Of a stretch of DNA of 45,241 nt, positions 1-8,882 are shown piece by piece (within the stretch, counting starts at the first letter, position 1; every line of letters starts with the position of its first letter). The translations under genes were made by a program, and so were the position numbers. The notes beneath the pieces are model-generated. The model had not been told where the DNA came from and did not search any database. It saw nothing but the letters and a program-made list of their open reading frames with translations. The DNA is from Betaproteobacteria bacterium (lineage in GTDB: Bacteria > Pseudomonadota > Gammaproteobacteria > Burkholderiales > SG8-39). The DNA is taken from the NCBI GenBank assembly GCA_007280315.1, contig QYQC01000080.1:1-45241 (forward strand), in the 5' to 3' direction.

Positions 1-782
1 GCTTTAAGGCGCTCCTCGAACTCGCCGCGGTACTTGGTGCCGGCCAGCAGCGCCGCCATGTCGCGCGACAGCACGCGCTTGTTCTTCAGCGTTTCCGGCA
101 CCTCGCCGTTGACGATGCGCTGCGCCAGGCCTTCGACGATGGCGGTCTTGCCCACGCCGGGTTCGCCGATCAGCACCGGATTGTTCTTGGTGCGCCGCTG
201 CAGGATCTGGATCACGCGGCGGATCTCGTCGTCGCGCCCGATCACCGGGTCGAGTTTGCCCAGGCGGGCGCGCTCGGTCAGGTCCATGGTGAATTTTTTG
301 AGCGCCTCGCGGCTGCCCTCGGCCTCGGGGCTGGATACGTTTTCGCTGCCGCGCAGTGCCGTCACCGCCTGCTCCAGCGCTTTCTTGCTGCCTCCGGCTT
401 CCTTCAGCAGGCGGCCGGCCTCGCCTTTGTCCTCGGCCAGCGCGAGCACGAACATTTCCGACGCGATGAACTGGTCGCCGCGCTTCTGCGCTTCCTTGTC
501 CGTCAGGTTGAACAGGTTGTTGAGTTCGCGCGAAATCGATACTTCGCCGCCCTGACCCTCTACTTTCGGCAGACGGGCGATCGCGCCCTTGAGAGCGTCG
601 CGCAGGCGCGCGAGGTTGACTCCGGCGCGGGCGAACAGCGAGGCGGTACCGCCGTCCTCCTGCGCGATCAATGCCGACAGCACATGCACCGGCTCGATAT
701 AGGAATTGTCGTTGCCCACAGCCAGGCTTTGCGCGTCGGCGAGCGCCTGCTGGAACTTGGTGGTGAGTTTGTCTAAGCGCAT
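1..782 (-). CDS. clpB: ClpB AAA+ disaggregase, N-terminal part (gene runs off the window start)
   Basis: Reverse translation from ATG (complement of 780-782) reads [21 protein letters not shown]...[54 protein letters not shown]. This gives a Clp N-domain followed by Walker A GEPGVGKT. It is missing from the ORF track because it is open at the window edge. Confidence 0.95.
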   Translation of the reverse strand, partial: MRLDKLTTKFQQALADAQSLAVGNDNSYIEPVHVLSALIAQEDGGTASLFARAGVNLARLRDALKGAIARLPKVEGQGGEVSISRELNNLFNLTDKEAQKRGDQFIASEMFVLALAEDKGEAGRLLKEAGGSKKALEQAVTALRGSENVSSPEAEGSREALKKFTMDLTERARLGKLDPVIGRDDEIRRVIQILQRRTKNNPVLIGEPGVGKTAIVEGLAQRIVNGEVPETLKNKRVLSRDMAALLAGTKYRGEFEERLK

Positions 783-810
783 CGGAAGCTCCCTGGTCTC
801 ATTGCCTACC

Positions 811-838
811 AAATGCGGCCGAATCGCCGGTTTTCAAG
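811..838 (-). promoter_or_regulatory. Candidate sigma-32 heat-shock promoter of clpB
   Basis: The minus strand reads CTTGAAA-13 nt-CCGCATTT, against the recalled consensus CTTGAAA-N13-15-CCCCATNT. It ends about 28 nt upstream of the clpB ATG. Confidence 0.6.
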
Positions 839-934
839 CTTCGCGTGGGACCGTACCCTGCCTCCGCGGGTAGAGCGCGCGCCGTCACATAAGTGTCACG
901 ATGATGTCATTTTGTCCGATTACGATCCTTCCTC

Positions 935-1627
935 ATGAATATCCTAATCATCGGCGCGGCTCGAGGTGTCGGGCGGCACTTGGCGGAGCAGGCCCTGGCA
1001 CACGGACATCATGTTACCGGACTGGTACTGGATCCATTGGGTGCCGGTTTCTCCCGACGAAATTTGCGCCTGGTTGGCGGCGACATTGTAAATTGTGCCG
1101 CGGTAGCTGAAGCGGTAAAGGGGCAGGATGCGATCTGCATCACGATCGGAATTCGCCCGACGCGCGCACCAGTCGATGTTTTCTCCAGGGGAACAGAAGT
1201 AACACTCGCGGAGATGCGCCATGCGGGAGTGCGCCGGCTCGTCTGCGTTACCGGCATCGGCGCGGGGGACAGTCGCGGTCACGGAGGCTGGCTATATGAT
1301 CGGATCATCCAGCCCTTGTTGCTCAAGTCAATCTATGCGGACAAAGACCGACAGGAAACGCTAGTTCGCGCTTCAGTTGTCAATTGGACGATAGTCCGCC
1401 CTGGTTTTCTGACCAACTGGCCGGGTACCGGACGCTACCGGATCAGCGCTGATCTAACCGGCGTAACGGCACGAAAAATATCTCGCGCAGACGTGGCAAG
1501 CTATCTGCTGCGTGAAATGACGACGTCCATGGACGCAGGTAGAACGGTGCTGGTAGATGCTGAAACCGAGGCTCTAATATCGGCCGATAGGGACTTGCGC
1601 CAAACAGCGGGCGCTTCGCTCGAATAA
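935..1627 (+). CDS. NAD(P)-binding Rossmann-fold protein (NmrA / atypical SDR-like)
   Basis: 230-aa ORF with N-terminal MNILIIGAARGVGRHL, a glycine-rich dinucleotide-binding motif. The overall layout resembles NAD(P)H-binding domain proteins. Confidence 0.7.
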   Translation: MNILIIGAARGVGRHLAEQALAHGHHVTGLVLDPLGAGFSRRNLRLVGGDIVNCAAVAEAVKGQDAICITIGIRPTRAPVDVFSRGTEVTLAEMRHAGVRRLVCVTGIGAGDSRGHGGWLYDRIIQPLLLKSIYADKDRQETLVRASVVNWTIVRPGFLTNWPGTGRYRISADLTGVTARKISRADVASYLLREMTTSMDAGRTVLVDAETEALISADRDLRQTAGASLE

Positions 1628-1876
1628 ACGACGATCACGCCTGGCGTTTCTGGCGATACCGAAAGATGCGCACGCCGAAATCCCTTGCGCCAGCGGCAGC
1701 TCACCCCGGACCCCGCCTGAGGCGTCATTGGGAAACCTCGCCGCAATTCTGGGTGTCCTCGATGTGAGGCCTGTGTCTGACACCGGAGTGAAACATTTGT
1801 TAGACATAATCGGTCGGTGTCCGGATCGCCACGCTGCTGGTTCCGCCGGTTGCCAGGAGGAAGGGGCTCCCAAATT

Positions 1877-2245
1877 ATGCTGAGTCCGCACAAGGGAAAG
1901 ACCGGGCTTCGCCGCCTGACCTACGCCTTCGGCTATTCGATCAACGGCCTGCGTGCGGCGTATCGCCGCGAAGACGCATTTCGCCAGGAAGTCGCGCTTG
2001 CCGCGGTGCTGATTCCCCTGGCCGTGCTGCTGCCTGCGGCTGCAACCGGGCGCGCTCTCCTTCTGGCCAGCGTCTTCCTGGTGTTGATCGTCGAACTGCT
2101 CAATTCCGCCATCGAGGCTGCGGTTGACCGCATCTCGCTCGACAACCACGAACTTGCCAAGCTTGCAAAGGACATCGGCAGCGCAGCCGTGATGTTGAGT
2201 CTGGTTTGTATGACCGTTGTATGGATCATTGTCCTGGCCGGCTGA
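1877..2245 (+). CDS. dgkA: Diacylglycerol kinase
   Basis: Reads MLSPHKGKTGLRRLTYAFGYSINGLRAAYRREDAFRQE...ELLNSAIEAAVDRIS, with three TM segments typical of DgkA. The internal ATG at 1877 is preceded by GGAGGAAGGGG, so the track ORF start at 1817 was trimmed. Confidence 0.9.
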   Translation: MLSPHKGKTGLRRLTYAFGYSINGLRAAYRREDAFRQEVALAAVLIPLAVLLPAAATGRALLLASVFLVLIVELLNSAIEAAVDRISLDNHELAKLAKDIGSAAVMLSLVCMTVVWIIVLAG

Positions 2246-2313
2246 ATCGCTGTCATTGAAAGTTCAAACAGATGTAGTCGAATTGTCATCCGATTTGTTC
2301 ATAGTGATGTCCT

Positions 2314-3525
2314 GTGCCCTCTACTGTGCTCCCGTGCCACGCCCGGCTAGCGCTCCGCATTGCGGTCGTAACGGAAACCTACCGCCCTGAAATCAACGGC
2401 GTCGCGCGCACCGTCGGCCATATGGTCGATGAACTTCTCGCGCGCGGCCATCAGATCGAGTTGATCCGGCCACGGCAGGTCTCTGACGCCGGCGGGTCGC
2501 CGGCAACGAAACTGAACGGATTCGAAGAGCGGCTCACCATCGGGTTTCCGATCCCGAAATACCCGGAACTGCAACTCGGCATTACCAGGATGGGACGGCT
2601 GACCAAGGCTTGGTGCAAGCGACGCCCTGATGTCGTGCATTTGGTCACGGAAGGTCCACTCGGCTGGTCCGCGCTTCTGGCCGCGCGCAAGCTAGGCATT
2701 CCGGTTGTCTCGGACTTCCACACCAATTTTCACGATTACAGCCGCCACTACGGCTTCGGTTGGATCTCCGGTCTCGTCGCCGGCTACCTGCGAGCGCTGC
2801 ACAACCACACCGATCGCACCTTCGTTCCAACCCACGAGATGCGTGACCGTCTCCATGCCATTGGATTCAAGCGGCTGACGGTCGTCGGCCGCGGTATCGA
2901 TACGCAGCTCTTCAATCCGGAAAGGCGCAGCGCCGAGTTGCGTCGCTCGTGGCAATGCGAAAAAGACACCCCGGTTGCGCTATATGTAGGCCGTCTTGCC
3001 GCCGAGAAGAATCTACGCCTTTTCGTGGAAACAATCCGCGCGGCTCTGCGGCATCGACCGGACCTGCGCGTGGTGATCGTGGGGGACGGTCCCATGGGCA
3101 TGAGCCTGCGCTCGGAAAACTCGGACTTTTATTTCGCCGGAATGCGCACCGGCGAGGACCTGGCGGCGCACTACGCCTCCGCCGACATGTTCGTGTTTCC
3201 GAGTCTGAGCGAAACCTTCGGCAACGTCACGCTGGAGGCGCTGGCAAGCGGCCTGGCGGTCGTCGCGTTCGATTACGCCGCGGCACGCGAGCACATTGTG
3301 CACCGGCACAACGGTCTGGTGGCGCGGTGCGACGACGAGATCGCCTTCCGCAGACACACGCTGAGTCTCGCCAGTTCCCCGCAACAAGTACAGAAACTGC
3401 GCCAACGTGCGAGACAAACCGCCGAGTACCTGAGCTGGAGCAAGGCGTTCGACGACATCGAGCGATCGCTAGTCAAATTCGCAGGGTTGGCGAATGGCGC
3501 GCAGGTGGTAGCCGCAACGGACTAG
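2314..3525 (+). CDS. GT4-family (GT-B) glycosyltransferase, SqdX / glycosyl-diacylglycerol synthase-like
   Basis: 403-aa ORF. The N-terminal RIAVVTETYRPEINGVARTV resembles the GT4 N-domain. The C-terminal FVFPSLSETFGNVTLEALASGLAVV is the E-x7-E type sugar-donor motif. The start codon is uncertain (GTG at 2314 or 2326). Confidence 0.85.
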   Translation: MPSTVLPCHARLALRIAVVTETYRPEINGVARTVGHMVDELLARGHQIELIRPRQVSDAGGSPATKLNGFEERLTIGFPIPKYPELQLGITRMGRLTKAWCKRRPDVVHLVTEGPLGWSALLAARKLGIPVVSDFHTNFHDYSRHYGFGWISGLVAGYLRALHNHTDRTFVPTHEMRDRLHAIGFKRLTVVGRGIDTQLFNPERRSAELRRSWQCEKDTPVALYVGRLAAEKNLRLFVETIRAALRHRPDLRVVIVGDGPMGMSLRSENSDFYFAGMRTGEDLAAHYASADMFVFPSLSETFGNVTLEALASGLAVVAFDYAAAREHIVHRHNGLVARCDDEIAFRRHTLSLASSPQQVQKLRQRARQTAEYLSWSKAFDDIERSLVKFAGLANGAQVVAATD

Positions 3526-3536
3526 CCTGGACCACC

Positions 3537-4067
3537 ATGCACGTTAGCGCCGTCGCCCTCGAATCGCTGCTCGCATGGGACCGGCGCTGGACGCGCCGTT
3601 TGAACGCCGGCATCGGCGTTGCTCCCGTGCGCGTTATGCTGCGGCTGGTGAGCAGGCTCGGCGACGGGGTGTTCTGGTATGCGGTGATGCTCGTCCTGAG
3701 CGTCACGCAAGGTCGACCAGGGTTGGAAATAGCCCTCCGAATGCTCGCCGCGGGCATGATCGGCCTCGTGGTTTACAAACTGCTCAAGTCAAGAACTACC
3801 AGACCGCGTCCCTATCAGGTTCTGGGCGACATCCGGGCCGGGATCGACCCGCTCGATGCCTTCAGCTTTCCCTCCGGACACACGCTACACGCGGTGGCAT
3901 TCACGCTCGTCGCCGTCTCCCGTTTCCCTGCGCTTGCCTGGGTACTCGTGCCGTTCACGCTGCTTGTCGCCCTTTCCCGCGTCGTTCTCGGCTTGCACTA
4001 TCCTAGCGATGTCCTTGCAGGCGCAGCTATCGGGGCGCTGGTTGCTCTGGCTGTACCTGCGCTGTAG
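3537..4067 (+). CDS. PAP2-family (type 2 phosphatidic acid / lipid phosphate) phosphatase
   Basis: All three acid-phosphatase motifs are present: KLLKSRTTRPRP, PSGH and SRVVLGLHYPSDV. Several TM segments are visible. The ATG at 3537 lies just after the stop of the glycosyltransferase gene. The longer track ORF (from 2949) overlaps that gene out of frame and was trimmed. Confidence 0.85.
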   Translation: MHVSAVALESLLAWDRRWTRRLNAGIGVAPVRVMLRLVSRLGDGVFWYAVMLVLSVTQGRPGLEIALRMLAAGMIGLVVYKLLKSRTTRPRPYQVLGDIRAGIDPLDAFSFPSGHTLHAVAFTLVAVSRFPALAWVLVPFTLLVALSRVVLGLHYPSDVLAGAAIGALVALAVPAL

Positions 4068-4359
4068 TCACGCGTCATTCGCGCACGACGGCATGTGCTC
4101 GACCCGGCCGCATCTACGCCGCGCAGCGTGAGCGGTCCGTCAAGCGCGCATTCCGGACCTCGGGACTGACCAGCGTCGCGCCGTGGCCTGCAATATGGCG
4201 CGCCCGCGTTTCATCAAGACGTCATGCGCAAGGACTAAAATCGTTTTCCCCTGCCATCAACGCTGCTCGACGAGACCACCGAATTCGCGCTTCCGTCATG
4301 AAACGGTAAACATCCGGGCGCAGCATGTTGCCACCCGCTGGTTCTGGAGGGATGACCAA

Positions 4360-4746
4360 ATGCAAACTGATGTTCGGCTATGTTCCAGGTTTCCATATCG
4401 AGCAAACGCGGTTTTGATTCACCTGCCACGCGTGTATGAAGTGACGCTGATCGACATCTCCGTGCATGGGGCGTTGGTCGGACTGAACGGAAATGCCGAG
4501 ATCAGGGTTGGCGATCATACCCGGCTGCGTGTGTTGACGGAGAAGGGCAACCAGGCATTCGAAGTGGAAGCCCTTGTCGCGCATCGATCAGAGCAGGGCA
4601 TTGGAGTTGAGATCAACTCCATCCACTACCACGCCAAGAGCGCCCTGCACCGACTGATCGAGATCAATCTGGGTACCCTGGACTTGGCTTCGCGTACCTT
4701 GCCGGCTCTGCTCAAGGCGAATTTCTCGACGAGTCCGACCGCCTAA
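4360..4746 (+). CDS. PilZ-domain protein (putative c-di-GMP receptor)
   Basis: A DISVHGA motif (D-x-S-x-x-G) follows an N-terminal Arg-containing segment, in a beta-barrel-sized protein of 128 aa. The ATG at 4360 is preceded by GGAGGG. Confidence 0.65.
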   Translation: MQTDVRLCSRFPYRANAVLIHLPRVYEVTLIDISVHGALVGLNGNAEIRVGDHTRLRVLTEKGNQAFEVEALVAHRSEQGIGVEINSIHYHAKSALHRLIEINLGTLDLASRTLPALLKANFSTSPTA

Positions 4747-4912
4747 GCGGGCCGGGTGCATCCCAGTACGGAAGTGGACGCGCTTCAGCCATTTCAGGCA
4801 TAGTTGCCCTTGACCGATTGTTCGTCGGACGCCGCCGCACAGGCTGCGCCTGGACGCAATTGAATCCTTCTCCCACGATAGCCTAGGCGACGCAGTTACA
4901 CCCACCCGATCG

Positions 4913-4943
4913 ATAAAAGCCGCGGGTTGAAGGCCCGCGGCTT
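4913..4943 (-). terminator. Rho-independent terminator downstream of the PhoX-like gene
   Basis: 10-bp stem AAGCCGCGGG/CCCGCGGCTT with a 7-nt loop, followed on the minus strand by TTTTAT. It sits about 45 nt after the stop at 4986. Confidence 0.7.
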
Positions 4944-4985
4944 CGACGGCGTCAATCGGCGTGGGACCGATCGACGCGGCCTGGC

Positions 4986-7343
4986 TTAGCGCATCGCCGG
5001 GACGCCCGCGATATATCCCACCTCCGCCTTGTCCGTGTTGATGCCGCCGATGATGCTGTCAAAGGTCGCCTGTGCCGTGCTGTTCCTATCACCTGCATGC
5101 TGATAGCTGCTCATGATGTAGGCAAAGCCATTCATGTTGTCGACTACCTGCAGGCCGGTGGATTCCGCGCCCATGGGGAGCGACAGGATGCGCACCAGTT
5201 TCTTGCTGTCGATGTGATAGGCCCAGAGGTAGTTGTTGACGTGATTGCTGGTGTCCTCGCCGATGAACAGCACGCGCATCCGCTCGGAAAAGAACAAGTT
5301 GTCCGGGCTAGCGATCTTTTCCAGATTGGATTTATTGCCTTCGGCATCGGCGGTTATGTCTTCACCAACCACCAGCGCCTCCATTGTGACCGGTACGAAA
5401 TCGCTGTCGATGGCATTGCCGGCGCTGTCGATCTGATTCGGCTTCAGCGTCATTTCGTAGACCGCTCCGGAAGAGTTCTTTTTCAGGCGGATGTCGTTGA
5501 CGGCGTCGGCGGACTTGTCCTCCATGCCGTTGGTCATCCGGGTCATCGCCGCGTAGGCCTTTCCGTCCCTGGCGTTGTAGGCGACACCCTCGAATTTCTC
5601 GAATTCGGTGGTGGCGCCCATGTAGGCGGCGTAGCGGCGGGTTTCGAGAAAGGCGGCCAGCGTCGCGATGTCCACGCCGGTAGTGGCGAAGGCACCTGTC
5701 TTCAGCTTTAGATCCTCGACCGTCGCCACCTCATGGCCGGCCTTGATGCGCTTGTAGCCCGCCGGCGTGGTGCCGGAGGTGTCCACATCGAACAGGTCGG
5801 TAAACTTGACGCCGGCATCCACGGCCTTCTTGATGTCGTCGTGCTTGGACTGACCAAGCTTTATCCAGGTCAGCGTGGCTTTGCCGCCGTCGCTGCCGGC
5901 GGGGGATACCTGATTCCACTTGGCGGCGTAGATACTGCCGGCAGAGAGGTCCGTTGCCTTGTCGGCAACGAACATAGTCAGCGAGGTGTAGGTACCGTCG
6001 TCGCCCTGGATAGCGGTGCGGGAATCACCGAAGAACTGTGCTTTCTCCCGGGATATCCGGCCCAGCGTGTGCCACTTCTTGACCGTACTGCTGCCGTCGG
6101 CTGCAACGGTGACCTCGGGCACCAGGCCATACTGATAGGGCGAGGCGTTAGGAATGCCATACAGGGTGCGGAAAGCGGCCATGCGTTTGGTGTATTCCAT
6201 GCCCGTGCAGGCTGCCAGTGTGCCGTCGATTTCACAGCGGGCATCCGGTTCGTACTCCTCGGAGCCGAGGTGCGTGTTCCAGGGCGAACGGGCACCGGCG
6301 CAGGGAATCCACAGGCCGTTCACCGCAGAGAAGTCGACCTGCTTGACGGAGGCCACGGTGAACTTGCCGTCTGTGGCGCCTTGACTGAGCTTGGACACCG
6401 TCATGGTCATGGGAAGTTTGCCATACCAGTCGTTGCCCGCGCTGTCTTTGTTCTCGTATTCGAAGTGGGTCACCAGATAGGGTGTGCCGCCGATATTCAT
6501 GAGCGAGTTGGCGTCGGGCGTTTGTGGCACAAACGGCTTGCCATTGACGTCTTTCAGGATGGTGCCGTTCTTGTCACGGATCGACGCGGCCGCCGCGCCA
6601 TCCGCCGTCTTGTTGGTGTCGGTGTTGCTGAACAGATTCACATAGGAGAGGGGGAATTCCTTGGTGGTGTTATCGCTATAACTGACCTTGACCGTGGAGG
6701 TGGTATAGGCGACGCCACGCTGGGCAGCGGTCAGACCGGTGACAGCGGTCGGCGTGAACTCGACGGATTTCACCTGGGCTGGCGCCGACAGCAGGTGCGA
6801 AGCGACGTTGCCAAGCGCGGTGGGGGTAAGTCCCGCGCCGGCCAGTACGGTCTTCGCCTTGTCCAGCGAGTCGATTGTTGCAGCAGCGACCGATGCAAAT
6901 TTGGAAGCATTGACGCTGACGTCTATTTTGGTGTCGGCAGGCGCGGCTCCGGCAGCCGTTTGAATCACCTGTGCGACGGCGAGCGCCTTTACGTCGGTCT
7001 CGTCAGTGACTCCAGCCAGATCCTTGGGGCGAACGACACGGTTGCCGCTCTGCATTCCCAGGGCGGAATTGCCCATGTCAACCGTACCGAGGGAGACGTT
7101 GCCGATCTTGAAGCCGACCTTATCGCCGGGAACGTACTGGAACTCTCCATTGGCCCCCGTCGATCCGCTGGGTCCGCTGGCGCCCGCGTAGGTGACACCT
7201 TTGACCGCCGAGTCGGAAAGGGTGCCGGTCAACTGTGGTATAGCAGAGGTCGCTGCAACGACGTCGTTGCTGCTGTTACCACAAGCAGCGAGTACCAGGA
7301 TGCTCGCCACCGCCAAAACAATCGCTTTCATCTGCATTTGCAT
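4986..7343 (-). CDS. Secreted lipoprotein with a C-terminal PhoX/DUF839-like beta-propeller (putative phosphatase)
   Basis: Signal peptide with lipobox (ILVLAAC). The motif IPCAGARSPWNTHLGSEEYEPD resembles the CAGG-x-TPWGT-x-L-x-CEE signature of DUF839/PhoX. There are three in-frame ATGs at 7343, 7337 and 7331. The GGAG spacing favours 7337. Confidence 0.7.
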   Translation of the reverse strand: MQMQMKAIVLAVASILVLAACGNSSNDVVAATSAIPQLTGTLSDSAVKGVTYAGASGPSGSTGANGEFQYVPGDKVGFKIGNVSLGTVDMGNSALGMQSGNRVVRPKDLAGVTDETDVKALAVAQVIQTAAGAAPADTKIDVSVNASKFASVAAATIDSLDKAKTVLAGAGLTPTALGNVASHLLSAPAQVKSVEFTPTAVTGLTAAQRGVAYTTSTVKVSYSDNTTKEFPLSYVNLFSNTDTNKTADGAAAASIRDKNGTILKDVNGKPFVPQTPDANSLMNIGGTPYLVTHFEYENKDSAGNDWYGKLPMTMTVSKLSQGATDGKFTVASVKQVDFSAVNGLWIPCAGARSPWNTHLGSEEYEPDARCEIDGTLAACTGMEYTKRMAAFRTLYGIPNASPYQYGLVPEVTVAADGSSTVKKWHTLGRISREKAQFFGDSRTAIQGDDGTYTSLTMFVADKATDLSAGSIYAAKWNQVSPAGSDGGKATLTWIKLGQSKHDDIKKAVDAGVKFTDLFDVDTSGTTPAGYKRIKAGHEVATVEDLKLKTGAFATTGVDIATLAAFLETRRYAAYMGATTEFEKFEGVAYNARDGKAYAAMTRMTNGMEDKSADAVNDIRLKKNSSGAVYEMTLKPNQIDSAGNAIDSDFVPVTMEALVVGEDITADAEGNKSNLEKIASPDNLFFSERMRVLFIGEDTSNHVNNYLWAYHIDSKKLVRILSLPMGAESTGLQVVDNMNGFAYIMSSYQHAGDRNSTAQATFDSIIGGINTDKAEVGYIAGVPAMR

Positions 7344-7374
7344 GACTCCATATCAAGTTGGGACTTTCGCACTT

Positions 7375-7388
7375 GGTCTGTACAGACC
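7375..7388. promoter_or_regulatory. Perfect 14-bp palindrome in the leader of the PhoX-like gene
   Basis: GGTCTGTACAGACC lies 32-45 nt upstream of the first ATG. It could be an operator or an RNA hairpin. Confidence 0.35.
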
Positions 7389-7444
7389 CAGTCCGCGAAA
7401 TGATATGGAACCAAGATTACAGGGCGACTACGTTTTTGTTGCAA

Positions 7445-7705
7445 TTGGAATTCAGGAGCATCGCCATTTCGGTTGGCCAGGCGGCGCGCTTCCCGCGCTC
7501 TTATGCCCACGGGGCCCCGGGCAAGCGCGGTAGCGCCGATGGAACGGCCCGGCGAGACCGCCCCGCCGTTGGGGATGTTCTTCACCGGTTCGCAATTCAG
7601 GTCCTTGGCGACAACGCAAGCCTGCGCCGCGAACGCCTCGTTCGATTCGACCGCGTCCACGTCGCACAAAAGCCGGTGATCGGTGCGTACCCGCCGGCAA
7701 TTCAC
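7445..7705 (-). pseudogene. Decayed 3' fragment of an acetyl-CoA acetyltransferase (thiolase) gene
   Basis: Translation DVDAVESNEAFAAQACVVAKDLNCEPVKNIPNGGAV matches the thiolase C-terminal block (D-x-D-x-x-E-x-NEAFAAQ...NGGAIA). The match then degrades. A thiolase-like tail, MAMLLN, appears in a different frame. The roughly 300 N-terminal residues are absent. Confidence 0.55.
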
Positions 7706-7812
7706 GTCTCCGTCAACGTCCTGTCATGTTCGGCGGCTATCTTGGCTCCTGTGCGGCAGACCCGCGCCGGACTGCTCGGGCACGATAACCGGTTTTTTTG
7801 GAGGAGTTAATC

Positions 7813-8028
7813 ATGATTGATCAAGAGATCCAGTGGCCGTTTTTCTATCGGATGGAACGGTCGCCTGACGTTGCACAAACCATAGCTGCGGTCATTGCAA
7901 AAACCCGCCACGAGTGGGCGTCGCAACGGCCCGCGTCTGCGTCGTCCGATGAGGCCACCGTCGAACGCACTCGACCCGCTCGCCCATTGTTAAGACTTGC
8001 CCGCGGTGGAAATAGTTGGGGTGCCTGA
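7813..8028 (+). CDS. Hypothetical protein (71 aa), no recognisable family
   Basis: The ATG is preceded by a strong GGAGGAG with 7-nt spacing. Third-position G+C bias is moderate. No motif was recognised. Confidence 0.35.
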   Translation: MIDQEIQWPFFYRMERSPDVAQTIAAVIAKTRHEWASQRPASASSDEATVERTRPARPLLRLARGGNSWGA

Positions 8029-8102
8029 CGGGGCGGGCCGGTCGGCGCGGTTGGATTCAGAGCGTGAAAAAGCCTTCGAAGTTCGATGACATGAGGAAAG
8101 GT

Positions 8103-8495
8103 ATGAACCCAGTACGGTTGAACACAAACGATCGCGACGACGCCACCGCGACGGCAGACAGCGGCGCGCGCGGCGCAATGCACTCCGACCATGGCGCAAT
8201 CGTCCCCCGCGCGCGCACCAATTCCGGCGAACTTGGGCGGCCACTCGCGCTCGCCACGCGGCTACCGCCGGGCGTTGGCTTTGCAGTGGTTACAAGAAAC
8301 GGTGAGACAGTAGCCGAGTTGCACGACACGAACGGAGAACGTGGCATGACTGCGTTCGACGCGGAGGAACTTGCGCTTGCCGATCCGGAACAGGAGTGGT
8401 GCATTCACGTGGTGGGACTACTCGATGATCGCCGCTACCGTCGCGCTGGCAACGGCCGATGGTTGCTTTACCGCCGCGGTTATGGCCTGTCGTAG
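8103..8495 (+). CDS. Hypothetical protein (130 aa), no recognisable family
   Basis: The ATG at 8103 is preceded by GAGGAAAGG. The N-terminus looks disordered and the C-terminal part looks structured (GFAVVTRNGETVAELHD...WCIHVVGLLDDRRYRR). The track ORF start at 8016 was trimmed. Confidence 0.45.
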   Translation: MNPVRLNTNDRDDATATADSGARGAMHSDHGAIVPRARTNSGELGRPLALATRLPPGVGFAVVTRNGETVAELHDTNGERGMTAFDAEELALADPEQEWCIHVVGLLDDRRYRRAGNGRWLLYRRGYGLS

Positions 8496-8712
8496 CTCAG
8501 GGAAGGCGCCCGAGCCGGAATCGATGCACGTTGCGAGGCGTTTTCTTATCAAGACTGGCTGATCTGTTTACAGGCGATGCAAGTCTCTCTCCCGAGCGGT
8601 GATCATTGTCATCGTCTTGTAACATCAGTCGTGTCTGATTATCCATTGAGCACAATGAAAAAAGCCTTTGCCGATCGACGCCTTACGCGTTCACGACGTA
8701 GTTGCGCACAGG

Positions 8713-8737
8713 CTTATCCACAGAATCTGTGAATAAG
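8713..8737. promoter_or_regulatory. Pair of inverted DnaA-box sequences forming a 25-bp near-palindrome
   Basis: TTATCCACA (8714-8722) is a perfect 9/9 match to the DnaA-box consensus. TTATTCACA lies on the opposite strand (8728-8736, 8/9). The two are 5 bp apart, in an ORF-free stretch that looks AT-richer by eye. Confidence 0.45.
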
Positions 8738-8882
8738 TTCCGGTACGCACCGTGCAATCGCTTTTCCGGTTATGTCACTTCGACAATGGGTGCTTGGGGC
8801 TCGCAATGTCAGGCGCTGCGTGCATTTTCGCTTTCGATCCGGGATCGCGGCCGTAGCCGGTTCGAAGACAGAGGAAGGAAAC

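Noticed and set aside
2949-3536. Long N-terminal extension of the PAP2 ORF (track ORF 2949-4067)
   Set aside because: The extension overlaps the glycosyltransferase gene in another frame and is Arg/Gly-rich. The PAP2 protein starts plausibly at ATG 3537, right after the GT stop.
5733-7403. 556-aa plus-strand ORF
   Set aside because: It is fully antisense to the PhoX-like lipoprotein gene. The translation is rich in Gly, Arg, Ala and Val, with no motifs and no RBS, which is the typical shadow ORF of high-G+C DNA.
8486-8520. tRNA-like GTAGCTCAG string (and a GGTTCGAA string at about 8862)
   Set aside because: Neither can be folded into a D-arm or T-arm with matching stems, and no acceptor stem is present. 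The first lies inside the end of the 130-aa ORF.
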